Below, one piece after another: positions 1 to 6,787 of a DNA stretch of 24,103 nt. How positions within the stretch are numbered: position 1 is the first letter of the stretch; each line of letters opens with the position of its first letter. Below the pieces are notes generated by a model that saw only the letters and a list, made by a program, of their open reading frames with translations, did no database searches and was not told the origin of the DNA. The position numbers and the translations under genes were made by a program. Origin of the DNA: a virus (taxonomy: Duplodnaviria; Heunggongvirae; Uroviricota; Caudoviricetes; Crassvirales); the IMG/VR virus record IMGVR_UViG_3300035495_000018, positions 1-24,103 of that record; one strand, written 5' to 3'.

Positions 1-1
1 T

Positions 2-2584
2 AACTATAAGACCAATAAGGTTGTTTCTCAAGGTGCTGTACTTGATATGAAAGGACAGACTGGAGAAGCAGGAAGTGATGGAAATGATGGTTCTAATGGT
101 ATTGATGGTTCTAATGGTATTGATGGTTCTAATGGTATTGATGGTGAGAATGGAAATTTCACAGAGTATAGATACAAGAGGTCATCAGAGTATGCTATCA
201 CTCTAGGTTCTCAACAGAAGGTTGATAGAACCCCCGAGGGATGGTACACTGATTGGAGTGAAGCTGATGTTGAAAGTTTTAGTGCTCTGCTTAATAATAT
301 AGGTGCAGCATTTGACACATTCTTAAATCAATTCTCTACAAGCCAGCTTATCTCTTCTAGCAACAAGAAGTACTTCACTGAATTAGGTAGCTCGCCTACA
401 TTTGCACAAATACAATCTCAGTATTATGCATTACATGGAGTTTACCTCACAGTTAATGATACACAGGAAGCTCTTGTTCTAGCAGCCTTCAAAGACTACC
501 TAGGACTTTATAATACCTGCACTGCTGCTACAGAAGACCTATTGATATGTAATACAGAATATCATAGATTGTACACCAAGTATAATGATGAAGACCACTT
601 CTGGGTGCTCTTTATGATTTATGCTACCATAGATGGGGATACCAATAATCTTATTGGTGAGTGGTCAACTCCACAAAGAATACAAGGAGAGGATGGTAAG
701 CCAGGTGCAGCAGGTTCCAATGGTATTGATGGTATTCCTGGAGTTAATATAGGAGTAGCATTTACATTAGGTACAGAGGATGCTATAAGGCCTGATGCAG
801 TGGACCCTACTGTATCTCCTTATAATACTAACTACAAAGCTCTATTTGCAAGTGGTACTAAGTGGCAAAAGGACTCTCCTACTGTTACTACTACCTATCC
901 TTATATATGGTTCACTCAATGTAGATACAGAGTCAATACTGATACAGATGGTAATGAGACTTACACATTTGAGGATGTATGGTCTGACCCTGCAAGATAT
1001 ACAGGGCTCAATGGTGTCACTACTACAGAGACTGTCTATGTGAAGAACCCTATAATCTATCCTCAAGGTATATATACTGCTGGTACAACTTATACTAATG
1101 ATGGTAATAGAACCCCATATGTATACTATGATGGATACTACTATTATTTGTCAGGTCAAGGAAGCTGGACAGGTACTTCTACATCAACACCTGCTAATAA
1201 CTCTGCATGGTGGACACTTCTAGAAGGGTTTGAGGCTCTATATACCAAGGTTGGTATTATAGCTAATGGTCTTATTGGTAGTGCGGTATTCAATGGACCT
1301 TATATGTTTAGTCAGCAAGGTGTTGACCAGAATGGCACTGCAACATCTCACTATGAGAACTTCTTGAAGAACTACAGCACTGGTGCTACCTTAGTAGACC
1401 CTTATGATGATATGGCTTCATTTAAGCCTAACTTCTGTATTAATTTTGAGACAGGAGAGCAGTGGTCTACTTCAATAGATAGTGCTATTGGAACTGCTAA
1501 GTCAGAAGTTATTCAGACAGCTCAGAGTATTTCACTATCAGTACAAGATACTATTGAAGGTAAACTGGAGTCAGCTGGAATTAGTATTACTTCAAGTGGT
1601 GTTGAAATCACAGGTAAGTTCAGTGGTACTTCTGATGGCACTTTCAATGGGGATGTAGCTGCAAAGAGTCTTTCAGTTCTAGGAGAGGATGGAACACCTG
1701 CTATGGTGTTTGATACTTATAAGGAGTCAATGGGTACCCCTAGTGGTGGTACTGCTCCTGATGAAGGTACTCCAGTACTGCTTATAAACTATGGAGGCAA
1801 TCAATACTTGGTAAGTATGTTGAAGCTTGTTACAGGCTCCTCAACAGGACAGTATCAGAAGACTCAACCTACAACTGTAAACTTGTACACTACCTCCTCA
1901 ATTACTAATAAGATGGGAACCCAAGGCTCGGCTAACTATAGTAAGATTACTAAGGCACCTTACTTGACCTTAGTTGACAACAATGGTAATACAACCAGTA
2001 CTACAGTGACTGCTAAGCTTTATGACTCAAATGATAATGAGCTATCTTGGAGCACCTATCTTAACAAGTATTACTCTGGTACCCTAGTAACTGAGTATCC
2101 TGATAAGACTGACCTAGGAAGTGGAATATGGGCATTTAAGCTTACTGGTAGCTTAGCTACAGTTTCAGACATTTATAATGGTACACCTACTAGTAAGATT
2201 ATGGCTGTAACTGGAGTTTGTTCTAATATTAGTGCTGGTTATTCAGCAACACTGTGCTATACTTCTTGTACTGCTAATGTGTATAGCAAAATAAAGATAG
2301 CATCTGGAGTTTTAACTACAGTCACAGATGAAAAGATAGTAGTGGGTTATGGAACTAAACAGAGCAATAATAGTTTGACTCAAGATACTTCTACTGTTAA
2401 GTACCTAAAGTGCTCATCTGCAACTGCTAATTACTTAACACCTAGTGGTGATTCTTTAACTAGTGCTTATTTCGCCTCTACTTCTACAACAAAGTCTGAG
2501 TGGACAAATACACAGGTTACTCAGTGCGCAGCTATTGTAGGACCTAAGCCTATGACAAGTGTAGAACCAACAGTAACAGCATAA
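2..2584 (+). CDS. Tail fibre/spike-like protein with collagen-like (Gly-X-Y) segments; 5'-partial
   Basis: The frame is open from position 2 (AAC TAT AAG ... GAT ATG), so the ATG at 47 is internal and the gene starts upstream of the window. It has two Gly-X-Y runs and Trp/Pro-rich modules ending in W-S-x-P-x-R-x-x-G-x-x-G. A block YVYYDG...EGFEALYTKVGIIANGLIGSAVFNGPYMFSQQG resembles Bacteroidota/crAss phage tail proteins as I recall them. A QTAQSISLSV segment and a Ser/Thr-rich C-terminus follow. The gene lies directly upstream of the muzzle gene and ends in TAA at 2582-2584. Confidence 0.75.
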   Translation, partial: NYKTNKVVSQGAVLDMKGQTGEAGSDGNDGSNGIDGSNGIDGSNGIDGENGNFTEYRYKRSSEYAITLGSQQKVDRTPEGWYTDWSEADVESFSALLNNIGAAFDTFLNQFSTSQLISSSNKKYFTELGSSPTFAQIQSQYYALHGVYLTVNDTQEALVLAAFKDYLGLYNTCTAATEDLLICNTEYHRLYTKYNDEDHFWVLFMIYATIDGDTNNLIGEWSTPQRIQGEDGKPGAAGSNGIDGIPGVNIGVAFTLGTEDAIRPDAVDPTVSPYNTNYKALFASGTKWQKDSPTVTTTYPYIWFTQCRYRVNTDTDGNETYTFEDVWSDPARYTGLNGVTTTETVYVKNPIIYPQGIYTAGTTYTNDGNRTPYVYYDGYYYYLSGQGSWTGTSTSTPANNSAWWTLLEGFEALYTKVGIIANGLIGSAVFNGPYMFSQQGVDQNGTATSHYENFLKNYSTGATLVDPYDDMASFKPNFCINFETGEQWSTSIDSAIGTAKSEVIQTAQSISLSVQDTIEGKLESAGISITSSGVEITGKFSGTSDGTFNGDVAAKSLSVLGEDGTPAMVFDTYKESMGTPSGGTAPDEGTPVLLINYGGNQYLVSMLKLVTGSSTGQYQKTQPTTVNLYTTSSITNKMGTQGSANYSKITKAPYLTLVDNNGNTTSTTVTAKLYDSNDNELSWSTYLNKYYSGTLVTEYPDKTDLGSGIWAFKLTGSLATVSDIYNGTPTSKIMAVTGVCSNISAGYSATLCYTSCTANVYSKIKIASGVLTTVTDEKIVVGYGTKQSNNSLTQDTSTVKYLKCSSATANYLTPSGDSLTSAYFASTSTTKSEWTNTQVTQCAAIVGPKPMTSVEPTVTA
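53..160 (+). repeat. Collagen-like Gly-X-Y run, 12 triplets (GQT GEA GSD GND GSN GID GSN GID GSN GID GEN GNF)
   Basis: Read directly from the translation: Gly at every third residue. Confidence 0.9.
86..145 (+). repeat. Perfect 18-bp tandem repeat (GATGGTTCTAATGGTATT) x3 plus a 6-bp partial copy, encoding DGSNGI
   Basis: Identical copies at 86-103, 104-121 and 122-139, then GATGGT at 140-145. Confidence 0.95.
686..748 (+). repeat. Second collagen-like Gly-X-Y run, 7 triplets (GED GKP GAA GSN GID GIP GVN)
   Basis: Read directly from the translation. Confidence 0.85.
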
Positions 2585-2594
2585 AAGAAAGAAT

Positions 2595-5500
2595 ATGCAA
2601 CAGTCTTCTAATCATACATTTATAGGACTGCAACAAGATACAGCAGTATCTAAGCAGTCACCTGAGTATCTAATAGATGCTCATAACATTAGAATTACAG
2701 CAAGAGGGAATGAAACCCTCTTGACTGTAACTAATGAGAGAGGTCCAAAGGAACTTACACTAAAGAAGGAAGATGAGACAAATGCTTATATAACAGGTAC
2801 TATTATAGGACATTGTGTTCTCAATAGCTACCTTGTTCTATTTACTCATGATGATTCTTATGGTGATAGTATCCTTAGGGTTGATATGTCAAAAGAAGAA
2901 CCTGTAGTTGTCAATATGTTTCAAGCAAGTTCTGACTCAACTCAATCATTGGGATTTGATGTCAATTATCCTATTGAGGCTATTGGTGACTATGAGAATG
3001 AGAACATTCAAAAGGTGTATTGGACTGATGGTCTCAATCAACCTAGAGTGATAAACATAGTACATTCTACTTATACATGGGCAGGTGCATTTGATTTTGT
3101 CCCAGAGCTTAAGTTAGGTGAGACTGTAACAGTAGATAGAGTAGCTAGTTCAGGGGGTTCCTTTCCTTCAGGAGTTATTCAATATGCCTTCACATACTAT
3201 AATAAGTATGGGCAGGAAACTAATATCTTCCATACTACCCCTCTATTCTACACATCATTTAATGATAGAGGAGGCTCACCTGAGAATGCAGTATCCAATG
3301 CCTTCAATATTACCGTAAAGGGTATTGACACTCACTTTGATTACTTAAGAATCTACAGCATCATAAGGACTTCTATCAATGCTGTTCCTACTTGTAAGAG
3401 AGTGCAGGATATTGACCTAAGTGTTATAAGTGAGAACACAATTAAATTCACTGACACTGGTACAGTGGGTGATACTGTAGACCCATCTTCTCTATTGTAT
3501 ATAGGAGGTGAAGAGGTTATAGCTGGTAGTATCTGTGCTAAGGATGGTACTCTATTCTTAGGCAATCTTAAGATTAAGAGACAAGCTATAAGCTCAATCA
3601 AGGACTTTATTACCAATGTAAAGGACTCAAGTATAAACACCTCTTCTAAAGTATCAACTGTAGCAAAGAGTATAAACCTCACTAGTGTAACATCTAGTGG
3701 TTATGCTTATAGCAATGGGCTCAATGCTAAGTGCAATGGTTCTAACACTAATGCAGCTGGATTCAAAAATAGAGAGTATTATAGACTGGGTCTGCAAGCT
3801 CAGTATAAGGATGGTAAATGGTCAGAGCCAGTATGGATAGGTGACTATCAAGTGCAAGGTGGCTCTACTTACCCTTATCAAAGTGGCTCTACATTACAGA
3901 AGCTTACAATACAATATACTCTTGATAGTGCAAGAAGAGCTGAATTAAAGAATGCAGGGTACAAGAAGATTAGACCTGTAGTGGTATTTCCTGATATACA
4001 AGATAGGACTGTTCTATGCCAAGGTGTAGTTAATCCTACAATGTACACTACTGATAATAGGAATTCATCTATCTATGCACAGTCTTCTTGGTTTTTTAGG
4101 CCACATATCTATGGAGTGTCAAGCTTGGATAGTTATGCTTCAAGTAGCAATGCCTATTCTGATTCTACTTGTAGCCCCTTCTCAGTGCATGGATTAACAT
4201 TACCATACACTGACTCTGCCTTAACTTGGGACCCTAAGATGGCAAGAGGTGTTGAGTTCCAAGGTCAATATGACTCTGACAATAAGTTCAAAGTTGATTG
4301 GAGTTTCTTAACTATGCACTCTCCTGACCTTGAGTTTGATGATTCTCTTCATAATGTTGACTTATCCAGTGTTAAGTGTAGACAGGTAGGTATATCTCAG
4401 TTTACCTATACTGCAAGTGATATTGATATTCAAACATCAACTCCTACTGTTAGTAATGGTGGTTCTGGATTTACTCACCAATCATTTACTAGATACAATT
4501 CTATGGGTATCATTAGTGGTTTATTCTACGATGATTTCATAGTAGATGAGTATGATAGTGGTAAGAAGTTTCAAGCTTATAGTAAGGAGTATAGCCCTTA
4601 TAGATGGTTAGTATATGCATGGAATAGAAATGGCTCACTTAATAATGATGTTAATAGACCAGCAGATGCTGGAACTAGAAGTGCTGAACTTAGCAAGAAG
4701 ACAATATCAAACCTAAGGTATTGTTCTTCTCCTGTATGGAATGCCTCTCCTACTAAGCTATCCTTGTCAAGTGATTGTGTTCCTCAAGTATTCAGTAGTG
4801 ATGAAGTGTCAATAGTAAAGCTTGGTAGCAATATCTATGAAGGTAATATTGATACCCTTCTTACCCCTGATAAAGTTGATGGTGACTACTTTGCTTTTAA
4901 TAGTAACTCTGTTGGAGCTCAGAATATTACTACTCCATTTAATTGTACTAAATGGTGGAAGACTTGGTCAAAGCAGGATGATTCTTCTGATGCTCAAGGT
5001 ATCTACAGAAGATATACAAATAACAATAGTACCCAATTCTACAGAGTAGATAAGAACATTGCAGATAACACAGTAGCCCTGGCTGTAAAGAAGGAGGCTG
5101 TTAGGTTTAAGTACAAATCAACTCCTCACATTGTAATAAGGCTATCAAGTGCTATCAGCAATACTTCAGATTCAAGCCATGTGGCTACTCTTCCTATAGT
5201 TGAACTATATAGAGAGTATGATTCAAATACAATGTTTGGAGGTACATCAAAAGATGCTCTTAGAGCTAACATGTGGCTACCTGCTGGTGAGGCAATATCA
5301 GTAGATGCAACTAATGTTCCTCTTGAATTTGAATGGGGTGATACTTGGTTTAGTAGATATGATTGCTTGAAGACTTACCCATTTACAGCAGAGGATACTA
5401 ATAAGGTTGTAGAGATTGGTTCTTTCATGCTTGAAACCAGGATAAACATTGATGGAAGATATGATAGAAACAGAGGTCAAGTTAATAATCTTAACATGTC

Positions 5501-6671
5501 TCCTACTAACTTCAATCTAATGAATCCTGTATACTCTCAAAGAAACAATTTCTTTAGTTATAGGATACTTGATGAGGACTACTATAAGCTGAGTGAGTTC
5601 CCTAATCAAATTACTTGGAGTACTGAGAAATCTCAAGGCTCTGATGTAGACCCATGGACTACTGTGACATTAGCTTCTACTTATGATATGGATGGTTCTA
5701 AAGGTAAGATTAGGTCTCTGAATGTATGGAGTGACAATATATACTGTTTCCAAGACAGTGGTGTATGTAACATCCTATTCAACTCTAGGGTCCAGATTCC
5801 TACATCTGATGGGGTTCCTATTGAAATCTCCAATAACTACAAGGTTGATGGTAAGAGATATATTTCTGACGGAGTTGGTTGTATCAATAAGTTTGCTATA
5901 TGTGCTACCCCTACTTCACTATATTTCATTGACTCTGTTGGGGGTCACCTACAAGCTATAAATGGTTCAGGTCTTAGTGATGTATCTCTACAAAGAAGTA
6001 TGGTCACCTGGCTAAGTAACCAGGCTACTGCAATGTGGACTCCTAATAAATATACTACAAGGTTGTTCTATGATAAGAATAACAATGACCTGTATATAAT
6101 GACAGATAGTGAGTCTCTCTGCTATAGTGAACAGCTTGGTCAATTTACTTCATTTATGACCTATTCTGAAATGCCTGCAATGTTCAATATAGTTGATAAG
6201 TTCTACTGTATCAAAGAGAACTACATCAATGAAATGTTTGCTGGAGATTACAACTACTTCTTTGGGGAGTATCAAGGCTATGATTTATCATTTGTATCTA
6301 ATGGCAAGACCTCTAATCAAGACCTATCTACAATAGATAAAATCTATGCTAATGTATTCTTCAGAGCTGATAGATGGTCTGATAAGATGGACAGCATTCT
6401 ATCATCTGAATCTCCATTTGACTATATCAGAGTATGGGATGAGTATCAAGATACTGGTGAAGTTCTTCTAAGGAATAAAGGCAACTTCCCTTCAATACTT
6501 AAGAAGAAGTTTAGAGTGTGGAGAGCACAGATTCCTAGAGATGCTCACAACAGAAGAGATAGAATAAGGAATACTTGGTGTAAGATTACTCTAGGCTCAG
6601 CACCTAGATACAATAATGGTAATAATGGTTTCATACAGCTACATGATGTAGAGGTTCAGTTCTTCATCTAG
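2595..6671 (+). CDS. Crassvirales tail muzzle / 'stabilisation' protein (P22 gp10-related family; PhiCrAss001 muzzle-like), 1358 aa
   Basis: Its length and motifs match crAss-like stabilisation proteins as recalled: N-terminal F-x-G-L-Q-Q-D...Y-L-I-D-A-H-N-I-R-I, ENENIQKVYWTDGLNQPRVINI, GDTWFSRYDCLKTYPF, FMLETRINIDGRYDRNRG, and C-terminal KKFRVWRAQIPRD...RDRIRNTWCKITL. It is beta-rich and sits directly before the cargo genes. Start context GAATATG, stop TAG. Confidence 0.85.
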   Translation: MQQSSNHTFIGLQQDTAVSKQSPEYLIDAHNIRITARGNETLLTVTNERGPKELTLKKEDETNAYITGTIIGHCVLNSYLVLFTHDDSYGDSILRVDMSKEEPVVVNMFQASSDSTQSLGFDVNYPIEAIGDYENENIQKVYWTDGLNQPRVINIVHSTYTWAGAFDFVPELKLGETVTVDRVASSGGSFPSGVIQYAFTYYNKYGQETNIFHTTPLFYTSFNDRGGSPENAVSNAFNITVKGIDTHFDYLRIYSIIRTSINAVPTCKRVQDIDLSVISENTIKFTDTGTVGDTVDPSSLLYIGGEEVIAGSICAKDGTLFLGNLKIKRQAISSIKDFITNVKDSSINTSSKVSTVAKSINLTSVTSSGYAYSNGLNAKCNGSNTNAAGFKNREYYRLGLQAQYKDGKWSEPVWIGDYQVQGGSTYPYQSGSTLQKLTIQYTLDSARRAELKNAGYKKIRPVVVFPDIQDRTVLCQGVVNPTMYTTDNRNSSIYAQSSWFFRPHIYGVSSLDSYASSSNAYSDSTCSPFSVHGLTLPYTDSALTWDPKMARGVEFQGQYDSDNKFKVDWSFLTMHSPDLEFDDSLHNVDLSSVKCRQVGISQFTYTASDIDIQTSTPTVSNGGSGFTHQSFTRYNSMGIISGLFYDDFIVDEYDSGKKFQAYSKEYSPYRWLVYAWNRNGSLNNDVNRPADAGTRSAELSKKTISNLRYCSSPVWNASPTKLSLSSDCVPQVFSSDEVSIVKLGSNIYEGNIDTLLTPDKVDGDYFAFNSNSVGAQNITTPFNCTKWWKTWSKQDDSSDAQGIYRRYTNNNSTQFYRVDKNIADNTVALAVKKEAVRFKYKSTPHIVIRLSSAISNTSDSSHVATLPIVELYREYDSNTMFGGTSKDALRANMWLPAGEAISVDATNVPLEFEWGDTWFSRYDCLKTYPFTAEDTNKVVEIGSFMLETRINIDGRYDRNRGQVNNLNMSPTNFNLMNPVYSQRNNFFSYRILDEDYYKLSEFPNQITWSTEKSQGSDVDPWTTVTLASTYDMDGSKGKIRSLNVWSDNIYCFQDSGVCNILFNSRVQIPTSDGVPIEISNNYKVDGKRYISDGVGCINKFAICATPTSLYFIDSVGGHLQAINGSGLSDVSLQRSMVTWLSNQATAMWTPNKYTTRLFYDKNNNDLYIMTDSESLCYSEQLGQFTSFMTYSEMPAMFNIVDKFYCIKENYINEMFAGDYNYFFGEYQGYDLSFVSNGKTSNQDLSTIDKIYANVFFRADRWSDKMDSILSSESPFDYIRVWDEYQDTGEVLLRNKGNFPSILKKKFRVWRAQIPRDAHNRRDRIRNTWCKITLGSAPRYNNGNNGFIQLHDVEVQFFI

Positions 6672-6687
6672 TTAAGCTATAATTTAT

Positions 6688-6725
6688 TAAGGGCATAGGA
6701 TAATTCTTATGCCCTTATTATTTTG
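6688..6725 (+). terminator. Intrinsic (Rho-independent) terminator after the tail genes
   Basis: 13-bp stem TAAGGGCATAGGA (6688-6700), loop TAAT, TCTTATGCCCTTA (6705-6717) with one G:U pair, followed by TTATTTTG. Confidence 0.8.
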
Positions 6726-6737
6726 CACATTAATATG

Positions 6738-6770
6738 TTGCTTAATTCAATTTTTATATGTACCTTTGCA
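6738..6770 (+). promoter_or_regulatory. Bacteroidota primary-sigma-type promoter (-33 TTG / -7 TAnnTTTG) upstream of the cargo operon
   Basis: TTG at 6738-6740, a 20-nt spacer, then TACCTTTG(CA) at 6761-6770. This matches the established Bacteroides consensus TTTG-N19-21-TAnnTTTG except that the -33 box reads GTTG. It lies between the terminator and the ATG at 6788. Confidence 0.7.
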
Positions 6771-6787
6771 CAATAAATCTTTAATAT

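Noticed and set aside
1830-2584. Diversity-generating retroelement target or template
   Set aside because: I found no reverse transcriptase and no second near-identical copy differing at adenines within the window.
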